From Octopus sinensis (Eukaryota), in NCBI RefSeq assembly GCF_006345805.1, contig NC_043008.1:1674001-1738000 (forward strand): a DNA stretch of 64,000 nt, in the 5' to 3' direction. Made by a program: the position numbers and the translations under genes. Positions 50,796 to 64,000 of this stretch are shown here, one piece after another. Position 1 is the first letter of the stretch. Each line of letters opens with the position of its first letter. Below the pieces are notes generated by a model that was given only the letters and a program-made list of their open reading frames with translations, did no database searches and was not told the DNA's origin.

Positions 50796-52574
50796 TATAT
50801 TGATTTGATGGGATTAAAAAGCTTGTAAATAGATGGATGAAAGTCATAGATAATCAGGGAAAGTACATTGATGGTTAAGTTTCAATTAAATATAACATCT
50901 GATCACTTGTTTTCTTTATTTAAAATTCGGACAGAACTTGTAGGATGACCTGATCGATAAAGTTATAAGCCATACCACACTCACATATCCAGTCTGGAAA
51001 TAATTTCTTAAACATCATGTGGTAATTATAAAGCCATTAACAAAGTATGAATCTCATACCATCAACTTACAACTAAATTTCAATTGGAAAATAATTGTTT
51101 ACTTAAAACGCTATTATATGATTCTATATATAAATTAAATTTAGTAATGACATAAAACTGTCATTTTTATATTTCAGTTTAACCTTTTGAAGATACACAC
51201 AACAAACAGATTCTATCTAATTACAGGAAGTAATTTCCTAAGACAACAATAAGTTTTTTGAAATGATATTTTTAATTGAAGATGGGCGACTTGTTCGATA
51301 CATAAATTGAATGGAGAACAATATTCTGAATATGTAAGCCACAACTCCAAGTCCAAGACTGTATTTGATAAATTCGATCTTTATACGCTGCATATGATAC
51401 CTGAAAACCATACACTCATGCGCGCACTCACAAAACACTCGCCTTAACGAAAATAGCGATATGTATATGTATTCACGTGTAATTGTGTATAACTCCTCAT
51501 AGTATTTGAAATCTGTACGCACACTTTATTGTGCATATTCGATGTGATAGTGCTGAATGAAAATCTTTAACTGAATGTTTGTTAATCTTCATGTTAAGTT
51601 GTCTCCTATTTACTATTAGACAATGCAATAGAAATAAAGGAGCCTCATTATCTCTCATACATCTTTCATTTTTAAAATCTATCCACATTCATTTTTCATA
51701 ATTCTTATGAATAAAGTTTAGAGTATCCCATATGCATAACATACAATATCATATACATCAGAGTGAAAGGAAGGAAGGCAAATTGTGTGAAACAGTTTAG
51801 ACCGTATATAGAGAATATGAATGAGATTTGCAATGGAGAACAAACTGTCTGTCCGTGACGTTTCGGAGGTAAAGACATCGTTCTATTAAAGAAGAATGAA
51901 CAGAAATTAACGGTTCATATATTAACGTAATTTTTAATAAATATTTTCTATTTTATATGAACGGCAGTTTGTCCTCGTAATGATATCGAAACCCTACATT
52001 TGGGCGGTATTTATGAATGCGTATAATCGCCATATCTTATTTAGACAAATCCACAAATTTATTTTAGGAAATATTTTGTGGTGATAAATATTCATTCTTT
52101 GGAGAAAATACGAAATATTACAATTGTAATTTTCAAGTGAAAAAGCAAAATAATAGTTTTTAAAATTTACATATTTTAAAAGCAAATATTAAAAAAAACC
52201 CCTTCTAATCTCTTAAGAAAAGATTATTCAGAATTTATATTTTTTCCTTGACGATAGGTTTATGCATTAATGTCATGTGTGAAGATTATAAATATTTACA
52301 AAGTTTGATAAACGGAACGATTCATACCATATTCCTAAAGGTCATATTTTACAGAAAAGAGAAAACATCTATATTAAGAGACGTTAGCTGGATCTTATTT
52401 TTATTTCCATTCGGATCAAAATCAAAAGGGAAAATGTTTATTTAATACAAAAAAATTATATTCATTAAAGTTCTTAAAATTTATGATGGATTCGATTATT
52501 ATGATTCAACGTAGATAAGGTATTCCAGAGAACGTCCATGATAACTTTCCATTCGTACGCTATCCTATAAAGAA

Positions 52575-52581
52575 ATATATA

Positions 52582-52657
<76 letters not shown>

Positions 52658-52669
52658 TAATATATATAT

Positions 52670-52726
<57 letters not shown>

Positions 52727-52768
52727 GTATGTAGTATGTATGTATGTATGTATGTATGTATGTATGTA
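52575..52768. repeat. (TA)n/(TATG)n array
   Basis: Direct reading. Confidence 0.9.
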
Positions 52769-53042
52769 CGAATGTATTCATACGAATAATATAGCTGGAA
52801 ATATGCATATCTGACGCCAAAGTATTGGATACAACTCTTATGTATCTGACCACCACTGTTACATTTGTGATTAACGAGAAATATTTGTAGTAGTACATTC
52901 TACAAACCCTAGATATTCTAAAATTCAGCAGAGTAATAGAGGAATATGTTAGGCGAGTGAAAATATGTAGGAGAATTGCGCGTTCTGCAATCTATCTATC
53001 TATCTATATATACATACATACATACATACATACATACATACA

Positions 53043-53075
<33 letters not shown>

Positions 53076-55364
53076 GTGTGTGTATTACATAATAGCGGCA
53101 TCGGTTATTCATAAACGAAAGGAGAAAAAGTATACATAAAAACAAGCTGGTTATTCCACTGACATAAGAAAGAAATTGTATTGGATTAAAACTCAGTACC
53201 GATAAGACAGATATGTAGATCGGTTCTGTGTTATCGATATTATAATTAGGTAGGAGTCATGTATCACTTGGCAGACATATGCCTGTCTAATTGCAGATCA
53301 ATCATAAACATGAAAATAAAATTGCAGTGTATGAGTACTTATCGATACAGTATCGTGTTACGTATTCGTTCATAACTGAATGGAAGTCGCATTCTTTATT
53401 GGGTTGACGCAAAGTGAGTTATTATAACACATATACAGATAGATATGTACACACTTATATACATAGACATGAGTAGGCAGGGACTGGCAGCCACATGTGT
53501 GTACGCAGGCACATGTCCACACAGGTACTAAAGGTTTCCTACCATAATATTGCTATGCAAATATACACGTCCATAGGCATCTGCATGTTTGTATGCAAGA
53601 TATATAAAAAGGAATAGACATTTGTGCAGATAAGTGTCATAGTTATTTCCCATAAAAATTGTTTCCATCGGATTCGACATGGCGTATTTATCAACACGAA
53701 TTCAATAATTGTCTCATAGCTATAACATTGGCTTATAGTTTGGTTTTCTCTGTCCCAATTTAATTACTGACTTCCGACCTTGACAAGAGATATAGTTAAT
53801 TGATTGCGTCTTCGAGTATTTAAGGTAGAAATAAGATAACTTATTAAACTATGTCGAAGAATAGGAATTCGCCGATGTCTTATGACAAAGAAGTTGGTTT
53901 TATTATATACATACATGTTTCATGTTTTTTTTCGAATAAGCGTTTCTTTGGTAAATACCTCACACTCACTTGCTAATGTTTCTAGAGAATATAAGAAAGT
54001 TTACTGCTACCTATTATAAACGGAGAGACTAAAATATGAAGCATACCCATCACGCATCAAAAACAGAGACAGCGGCGAGAAACTGTGCATTTGATAGCAG
54101 TGAATGAAACGTAGCTTGGGTCTGCTGACTGAAGGTGTGTTAATTTGCAAAACTACAAATAATATGCAAGTTAGATATGAATAGATTTATCCGACAAGGA
54201 AATGTTCTAAACGACAAAGTGTCGATGACATTAGTACAAGGAGAATATTACTGCTGTTTCGTCTCTATACGTTACTATCTAAAGTTACTATCTATAGTAA
54301 TCTATATGTTACTACCTGAAGTAAATAATATCTAGTGAGGTATCTTCAAATAGTTTTGTGACATGAAACATGAAGCATGTATACTTTAAGTATTACTAAT
54401 GATTCATGAATTTCTGCACAACAAACAAATATTTAAATTGCAATGATGTACGTAAAAAATGCCAATATCTCGCCGCGAAAATTTCTAACGTAGACTGTAT
54501 AACAAGAAATCCCAATCTAGATTTGGATACGTAATTAATATTTCGTCTATAACAAAATATACCTGCATTGAAGAAAATTGTGTCTTAATCTATGCTGTTC
54601 TGAATGTAAATATCTACTTGAAATTAAAATTACAATATACTTCTATCGAGCAAATAATTTTGTTGCTATAGTTTTTGACGCTTTTATTATATGTCATATT
54701 CGTGAATATTTCAAGAGATATGTAGTCACACATTCAAACATTCCTACATTTTTTTAACAGAATACAGAAATGTGTTTGAATGCATAGAGTGAATAGAATT
54801 CTATATGTCTACATGGATGAACACTAGTTTGTTAAAGGCTTTGTAAATAGAGTTGATCGTTTTAAATACAATTCCAGATCTTAAACGAAAATGTAGCCTC
54901 TGGCGTAGCTGAAAATTCTATACTCCACTTATACCATGTAGACAACTATTCATCGAATAGTTTTGTTGAAGAGAAAAAATTAAAAAAGGAAAATATCAAT
55001 TTTTTTTTCCTAGTTAGGCAGAAAAAAGAATTCTGAGTGAGACGAAAAATCAAAGTAAATTCAAACTTTTGAAATTAAATGCATATCAGTTATGTTAGAT
55101 TTAAAAGAACATTTTAGCAACAGTTTCAGGCTATACGCATTGAAGAATATATCTTTATTTATTTTCTCTATAAAAAATTACAAACATGACTGGAAATCTT
55201 CACAAATATACAGAATTACCTGTGTGTGTGTGGGGGGGGGCGTGCGCACATACAAAGGCGCACAGACACACGACACACACACACACACACACACGCACAA
55301 AAGCTCCCAAGTACACACATGCAAGTACACACATGCGAGCGTGTATATTTATATTTATGAGTGT

Positions 55365-55410
<46 letters not shown>

Positions 55411-55452
55411 TGTGTGTTTTTGTATATATACAGAGAGAAAGAGAGAGTTAAA

Positions 55453-55524
55453 TAGATAGATAAATACATAGATAGATAGATAGATAGATAGATATATAGA
55501 TATATAGATAGATAGATAGGTAGG

Positions 55525-55614
<90 letters not shown>

Positions 55615-55638
55615 GATAGATACATAGATAGATTGATT

Positions 55639-55726
<88 letters not shown>

Positions 55727-55753
55727 TATAGATAGATAGATTGATTGATAGAT
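55453..55753. repeat. (ATAG)n array
   Basis: Direct reading. Confidence 0.95.
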
Positions 55754-56499
55754 AGTGAATCTTATCACGTTGGTTATCGTGTGTTTATTGATTTCATTTT
55801 CAAAAGCACTCCATGTGTTTTCAACCTTATGTTAACAAAAGTAAAATACGAAATTATATTTGGTATTTGACACTATTTTATTCATATATTTATATATTTC
55901 TGTTAATTCTCAATCCTAAATGAAATGGTAGAAAGTTTCTAAGATGAAGTGTCATCTTAGTAAAATTCACTGATTAAAATTTCCTATTGTTTCTATAAGC
56001 CAGGCTGCAATTAGCAGAAGTTGCTTTTTAACATAGGATATAAACAGTTTAAATTTTGTTTGTTTAGCTTTTGTTAGGAAATAATGGACATCGAACAGTT
56101 ATTTTGAATAAGAGAATAAAGGAGAAGAAATATCGACGAGTATGTTCCCATCCATAAAGCTGCTGGCAATGGACAACTGTCGAAGGCAATGCATATCTCC
56201 ATGAAATTTAGTAGTTAAAAAACGCCGTCTAAAAAACGGAATAACAATCTAAAAGAAAGAAAAAAGTAGAGTGAAGAATAAAGTGAGAGAAATAGAAGGT
56301 TTGTTGATGTTAACAATTCTGTAAAAAGTACGAAATTTCAGTTGTGGGATTCTGTGGGAAGAAGCGGTTATACCTGTCCTAGATTATTGTTAATTTATAA
56401 TATCATTACAATAAATCTTGTAATGTCAAGGAGATGGCTGTAACACCAGATTTAAAGGCGCCCTATGATATGCTGTTTGTCATAGTCTACTAATTTTCA

Positions 56500-56875
56500 G
56501 GATGTAATCGTGAAACAATTTGAAAGTTTGCTATGCCATCAAATATTGCGTTCAAGTGGGCAAACACGCTACAGAAACTGATCAAATGCCCCAGGTTTAA
56601 GGGATCTACAGGAGATGTGAGAGACAATGTGAAATATGCGAGACAGAGGCAGATCAAAACATCTGAGAAGATTGGGCTAATTTGCAATTTCTGGATGGCG
56701 ATTTCCGTGTGTCTGTAGCAAAGACAATTGTAGAGTTTGGATTTGTTATGAAAACTGTGCACAGATTTATTCATGTAAATCTGAATATACTCGAAATCTC
56801 TGCACAGTTTGTTCTCCGGGTGTTCATTGACAAAAGACGCGTCGGTTTGTAAAGAGATGGTTGAGCTTAACCTAT
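56500..56875 (+). mobile_element. mariner N-terminal fragment
   Basis: QFEVCYAIKYCVQVGKHATET...FLDGDFRVSV..KTVHRFIHVNLNILEISAQFVLRV (frameshifted). Confidence 0.7.
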
Positions 56876-57533
56876 TATCGAAATGTATTTGAGTCTTTGG
56901 TTACTTGTGAGGGAGGCTGGAAAGATATAATCATAATCACAATGTGTCGCAAAATATTTGCTAATACTGCCTTCATATATTCATCCTCATCTGTTCCTAT
57001 TACAATTTTAAATGAATAATTTTGAAAATAATAAGTGCATTTGGAAAATGAAAGCAACCACCGTATGTCTGTGAGTGCGTGTGTGTTTGTCCAACAGCGA
57101 TGAAATCATCGATTGGCTGGTATCCTTGCGCTTCATAAGTAAAATCTATCATAGTAATTGCTAAATATCTTAATGGAGTTACTTCCTATATTGGATTATT
57201 TTTTGCGTTAGTGATGAGATGTAAGTATGATTAAAGATGTCACATGTTGCTACAACTTGTCTTTTAATTCAAAATCCAACCCACTTCTCATCGTGTTGTG
57301 AAACTTTCCATTTCCTGTTATTCGATTAATCTTCTATTGTTGCATTTCATAGACAACAATGGCAGATATTTAGTAATATGTATGGATTATTTAATATACG
57401 TTTAAATAACATGAGATAACACTTATTTTCCATACATTTTCTTACAATATATGGGACAAACTTTGATTTCCCTTCGCAAGGATATTAGAAGAACATCAGA
57501 TTCTATCAAAGTAGCGACTGAGAGTAAATGCTA

Positions 57534-57565
<32 letters not shown>

Positions 57566-58754
57566 TATATAATATATATATATAAATAGATTAATTTGTT
57601 GTGTCGGTAGGATCGGAGAGAATTTAGTGTGGTATGCGTCTAGGAATTTGACTCTTACCATTACAGACTTTCCCAATTGAAAGTTAGCAAAAAATGAACG
57701 CTTTGAACAATACTCTCTTCTCCTTATTGTAGGTAAAACATTATCAATCTTAAAATAGTATTTATACGGATTTAATTTCTGAAACTGAATATAGCATATA
57801 TCGAATTGAACAGTCAATGGCGTATATAAAAATGGAAAAGAAAATAGCACAATTGATATTCGAAACATTATTCTTTCTCGTATATTATTTGTTGTATTCG
57901 GAGTAAGCTATTTCCCTTCTCCTATAATGCGATTATAGTTATGTTGTAGTTAAGTAGGCCGTGTTTCTAAAAAAAAAGAAAAGAAAAGAAAACTATCAGC
58001 CCCTGACGCTACGGGTTAATATTTAATTATCAGAGACTATTATCAATTTGCAAACTAATTCGCATGTAAAATAGAAAATTATTTTATAAAAGAAATCAAT
58101 GCCAAAAATGAACAATACATTAAAATTATATTGTATATGTTGAAGGAAAGGTGATACTCCATAAACATAGCTATTTTTTTGATAAAATACTATATTTCAT
58201 ATATATTAATTCCGCTACACGAGTGAATTTACTTTTATAAATATGACAGTAATTCAATTTGTAGTCCATGTTTCTTTCGTTAATTACTTCATTTTCAATT
58301 CTCTTAGGCAAAGTTTCACTATAATTGAGTCGTAATATAACACTGGAAACGACAGAAACATAAACACATGTGCACCGATGCCAACACACTTATTTCGGTG
58401 TGCAGAGAAAATATATATGCATAAATACATTTCACTTCGCATAAACGTCTATAAAACTTACGCACACATTCACCCACCACCACAAATATGTGCGCGGGCA
58501 CACATACTCAAACACACACTCACACACATACACATATGTATTTATGCATCTATGTATGTATGTATGTATGTTTGCAAGTATAATTTCCGTTTACGGCATA
58601 CACTATGTGACACTTTTCTAGCCTCGTGCTATAAAACCCTTTTACCTGTCAGCATTGTTGTGCAGCGCAAAAGAAGTAAAACAATATACGCGTTACTCTG
58701 AGTTAAGGTGTTCTCAGTATGACTGCTTCTAAAATTTTATAGTTTATATTATTA

Positions 58755-59400
58755 ATAGGGGGGACGGCTGAAGTGGTAACAGGCTGATCAAGATACCATC
58801 GGTGTTGTCGTGCTTGGATCCCATTGATGGAACTGTCATTCTCTTTGTCTGAAACATCGTCAACTGTAAATATGTCATCATCACTGGGATACTTGTTCCC
58901 TGCCAAGTGTTATATTTTTTTCATTTTAGAGAATTAATAGTGGAATAGGAACAGTGATTATCCTGTTCGAAGCCATATTCATGCACAACGGACAATGAAA
59001 CCAAGGACCCGTTTTATAGATCATTGAAATGAAGAAACAAATATCCTTTTCATTAGCTTTCCTGGGCGTTTCCTCTTCATAGCCTTCCGTAAGTGCCTCA
59101 GCATATGGACATAGTCCACTGAAGTGATGTTGTGCACGTTTTCAACCCAAAGAATAACACCAATGCCTTTTGCATCGCCAAAACTTTGAGGCCATTACCT
59201 TCCCTGCGGGTAAAACGAACATGGCAATTTTGGAACAGGTGAGAAAGGGTTGTTTGTTTTAGATGTATTGTCGATTTTGGCTCAAAGACTTGCAGCCAAC
59301 ACATATGCTGGATTACCAAAGGTTGAAGGAAACAGACTGGATCAGCCCCGAATAATGTCGGTTGAAGATGTACCATCTGTGACATATGTATTTCAGCCGA
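58755..59400 (-). mobile_element. mariner 3' half (catalytic domain) with TIR
   Basis: FGDAKGI..ITSVDYVHMLRHLRKAMKRKRPGKL and AGNKYPSDDDI...GIQARQHRW; TIR-like ggggacggctgaagtgg..aggctgatcaagatac at 58757. Confidence 0.8.
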
Positions 59401-59479
59401 GATGAAAATTATTATTGTAACAACAGTTTCGAGTATGCTAGCTTTATAAATAGATACGGTACTTCCATTTTAACTTTTG

Positions 59480-59575
59480 CCACAAGGCCAGTTAGTTGCT
59501 TAAATCGACCCCACTGTTCAACTGTAAAATATATTATCTACTCCTAAGTATAAAAGGCAAATCCCACGTCGCGGC
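59480..59575 (-). mobile_element. SINE family A fragment
   Basis: aaatcgaccccactgttcaactg..aaaggcaaatcccacgtcgcgg. Confidence 0.45.
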
Positions 59576-61011
59576 CTTACAAAAATAACGAGAAATGATA
59601 AAAACCGATCTTCATTAAAGCACACCAGCATAGAGCATATTGATCCACACTACTTGATGCTATAGCCTGTAACGTTTTGCTTAGATTTAACTTGAGATTG
59701 TTGAATGTAGTTACGTATGCATTGCAGTTGAAGGTGCTACCATAATATCCTTGTTTAAATTCTTGAACAGCACACCATCCTATGCCATTCCGTGAGATGC
59801 TCTATTTTAGGCTGCTATATTCTGCTCGACTCTAAATTTGTGCAAGTAAAATGCTGAAAACCAGCTTTAATCTGCTGTCATCACATCCTAAATATTCCGC
59901 CGTTTGAAGATGATATGTACATCGGAAATGTGGGGTTCAATTATATGTCTATGACTGCTCACATCCATATAGGCATCTAAGATGATTAGAATATTAAGAG
60001 CGCTTGTCACGGAGTTATTTCGTATGCTGTAGACATTTGTGTGTAAGATAACCTATAAACATTAATCAAAAGAAACGTAGATCCTAAATCCAAGAGCTTA
60101 AAAGAGCGTGATTTTAATCATAAAATATGGAAGAAGTATAAACTAATTTTAGAGTTTTAGATGTTTTGTTGAAAGAAGCTTCTTAGAAATTTCATTAAAA
60201 CACTTATAAGATTGTATACCAATGACATTCAAAATATCAATAAATTGATGTGAATGCTTTCGTTCATAATGCAGAGAGGAAATATACAATATGTCTGACG
60301 GTTTAATTGATATACAATCTGGCATTTAATCATACATGAGTAACTGTAATTGAGCCAATATACTGCATACCTACAATTAATTTTGAAAGCAGTAATTTAT
60401 CCATTTTACACGTATATCATACAATTTGAATGGTAGCTTGATTTAAAACACTGACTGGGAGATATTAGCAACAGGAAGCATGAGTAAGAGGCTGGATAGT
60501 GTTAGAGTAATAAGAGTATCATATTAGAAATGATTGTTTCCTATCAGCATTCACTGACCGGTTGGCAAGGTATATAAATATGTAACAAGTAATCTGTAAC
60601 TGAATGAAATATGAGACACTATGAATGAAAACAACATGGCGACATATTATTACACCCTGACCAGGATTCAATATAAGGAATAATATCACGAAAATGCAAA
60701 GATATTTTGGAAGTAACGAGCTTGGGAATGTTCTCACCAATTATCAAAGAAACTGAGATAATGCGACGAAATATAATGTACACAACTATGTCCCGCTTAC
60801 TGAATGTTAATATTCATTAATGCGGAATAAAAATCAAAAGTCTGGCAGTATGTAAGAAATTCCTAAATTAACAGCTACACTTATTTCATGTTCAGTGTAT
60901 CTGTATCCATAAGAAAATTATCCTGGCAGCAATAACTTGTTTTTGGATTAGAGCAAAAGTGTAATCAGAAATCACAACCAGTTGTTAATTGAAAGAAAGT
61001 GGAAGTACATA

Positions 61012-61346
<335 letters not shown>

Positions 61347-62336
61347 AGAATAGAAGATGGATCCACTTTAATCACGTATGGTAATTGTATCCAATTAAAA
61401 ATGCTTGTAATTTTGTTTATTCGTTAAAGTTGATATATTTTCTGAATTTCTAGGAGTATTAACATTTCCAATAACATAATTATACTTAATTTAAAATATT
61501 GAATGTGTGCGAATTGTCGGAAAAAAATCCCACATTATAAACCATATCACGAACGAATATCTGGAGATATTACTAGAAAGTCATATAATCTAAATATGAT
61601 TTCTAACTCTTAACAAGGAGAAAATATGAAAACATACCACACAAAATTTTTAGGACATTGCTCGGTTTGTATAAACGATTGTTTGTATATTTGAACAGTG
61701 ATTTATATCGTGAAACTACATTTTAAGACTTCATGTGTTGGAATGATTTGATGCACCACTTACACAGTCGAATACAATGTCATACTTTCGGGGCATGATT
61801 AGCGAGTAGTACAGTTTTTATCAAACAAGACAAGTAGAGACAGAAAATTTGTCAATATGATTATGTAAAAAGAAAGACGAATAAGTTTGGTGTATTAAAT
61901 AAGTTAATGTTTCTAACTCTACCAATATCGGATAGTACTTACATATAAAAAGATGCACAACTAGTCATAGTTGTCTGGGGAAATATTGTTGGAGTATGAT
62001 GTATATTCTTCAAACTTATTTTCAACCATATCGATAATGGTTATGCACATTCAACAGTCTTTAAATATAATAGGATACATTAAATATATTATAGGGAATT
62101 TAATATAGGGAATCTCATTTTGAAGTTATAATACAGAACCAATGGAGTTAGCAGTGATCTTTAATATAATGCATCGATCCGTGTGAACAAGTGGTAGGCA
62201 TCATTTATACAACCCAGTAAAGGAATAACTGGAAAACGATGGTTCATGGAGAAAGGCTCCTCAAAGCTGTGGTATATTTCGGTTATTGTCTACTTCAGAG
62301 ACATACTATAATAATTCCATACATACACGCACTAAT

Positions 62337-62383
<47 letters not shown>

Positions 62384-62409
62384 ATATATATATATATAAT
62401 ATATATATT

Positions 62410-62441
<32 letters not shown>

Positions 62442-63052
62442 ACGGCGGTATATATATATATATATAACTACTTCATTTGTTTGTACTTTTACTCATATAT
62501 AATAACATTTATTATTCATGATTATTATTGTTATTGCATTAAAAATTAAAGTAATAAACATATCGCATGCGTGCACATGTATACATACACATAATAAACG
62601 AGACTATATATATATTCTCGATATTCCCACATATTATAATATAAACCTTGCATTGTCCTTTGCGCACCTTGATGATTTTCCTTCTAAGGTATTTTAAAAT
62701 CAAAAATTGCATATTTATATATGTTCTGTAGCTTGAATTTGGGTTGACAAATGAAACAATTCTAGGTGAATATGTTAATTAATAAATTAATAACTTCATT
62801 TGTATCCATTAGAACTCTCTGATTTCAAACTCGATAATTTATATACATGCATACATAATTATTTGTATATATATATATGTGTATGTATGTGTGGGGGTGT
62901 TTGTGTTTGTGTGTGTGTGTGTGTATGTGTGTGTGTGTGTGTGTTAACCCTGGAGATACTATGCAAGCATATTATGTTCATAGGTTACAGGCAATGACAA
63001 CGATAAACATGAGTTTATCAGGAAACAAATTTAAAGTGAACAGAAAATCGAA

Positions 63053-63499
63053 AAATATTGATAAATAACAATTGCCTGACATAAATTATTACATTTAATG
63101 CAAATAAAATGTATCCCACCTAAAAGCCATTTCTGCTTCCAATGTTCTACGGCTTTGCCATTGACAGTTCTGAAAATAATATTCATCATATTTGGTAAGA
63201 CATCCCATCCGGAAAAAGTAACTTCATCAGAAGCATAAAAGAAAAACAATGAGCTTCGAGAAGAATTTGAAAATATAATATATCTAAATCGTACAATTTT
63301 GCATATGTGTTTCTTCACGCTAATGAAGTTCCTTGTCCCAGATCGGATACGTTGCCACATATGATGAGTACTATTTTCAGAATTTTCAATAGCAATACCG
63401 TAGCACATTGGAAGAAGAAACAGCTGTTAGATGGGTTACAATCTATTTATATTAAAAATAAAATAATTGATGTTAGTCAATTTTTGTTCATCAATATTT
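63053..63499. mobile_element. Old foldback/MITE-like element with ~160-bp imperfect inverted arms
   Basis: 63053-63212 pairs with ~63338-63499 (e.g. cttccaatgttctacgg / ccgtagcacattggaag); the two opposite-strand ORFs in the track are homologous to each other. Confidence 0.75.
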
Positions 63500-63505
63500 C
63501 TCCAT

Positions 63506-63517
63506 TCTCTCTCTCTC

Positions 63518-63615
<98 letters not shown>

Positions 63616-63616
63616 T
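63506..63616. repeat. (TC)n/(TA)n/(ATAG)n compound microsatellite
   Basis: Direct reading. Confidence 0.9.
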
Positions 63617-64000
63617 ATACATATATACATGTTTGTATGTAAATATATTATTCATAAATAAATACAGACATGCGCGGGCACACACACGTACGCACACATA
63701 CACACGCTCACACAAACAAATACACACAGGCTCATATACACACTCTCTCCACACCATATATTAGTCAGCCTCGTCGAATCTTACAAATATTAGATTCGCA
63801 ATCAGGATAAAAAACAAAATATTGGCTTTACTGTGAAATAATTAAGTTATCTCCATTTCACATTGAAACGCGCACCTGTCACTGCAAAGGTCTTGTATGA
63901 GCTTCAATCATAACAGAATATTTCACGTGATTTATAAACATCTGCTTCTCGTCGAATAAACAGCTCAGCATGTATTACCTGATTGAGGACAAACATTGAC

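Noticed and set aside
51855-51905. Minus-strand GAAACGTC motif, possible decayed HHR
   Set aside because: No CUGANGA and no stem II recoverable.
57990-58019. piggyBac-like end ...acggg|TTAA
   Set aside because: No matching left TIR or transposase nearby.

Overview
AT-rich, microsatellite-dense animal genomic DNA that is intergenic or deep intronic. The SINE families and the density of (TA)n, (TACA)n and (ATCT)n arrays resemble Octopus/coleoid cephalopod genomes as I recall them; this is an inference, not a database result. No intact host protein-coding gene is supported, and nearly all supplied ORFs are microsatellite read-throughs or decayed transposons. The window is a mosaic of tRNA-derived SINEs, mariner/Tc1 relics (including two foldback mariners sharing one breakpoint), a decayed hAT-type transposase, RLE-type LINE fragments, a piggyBac fragment, MITE/Helitron-like elements and a ~1.25 kb tandem duplication. 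The main non-obvious signal is a set of short, ORF-less elements, most of them flanked by (TA)n. They carry type I hammerhead ribozyme (HHR) folds with self-complementary stem III: seven HHR folds from at least four sequence families plus one decapitated copy. Several sit in long perfect palindromes or a 545-bp tandem unit, the architecture expected of Penelope-like pseudo-LTRs or non-LTR retrozymes.
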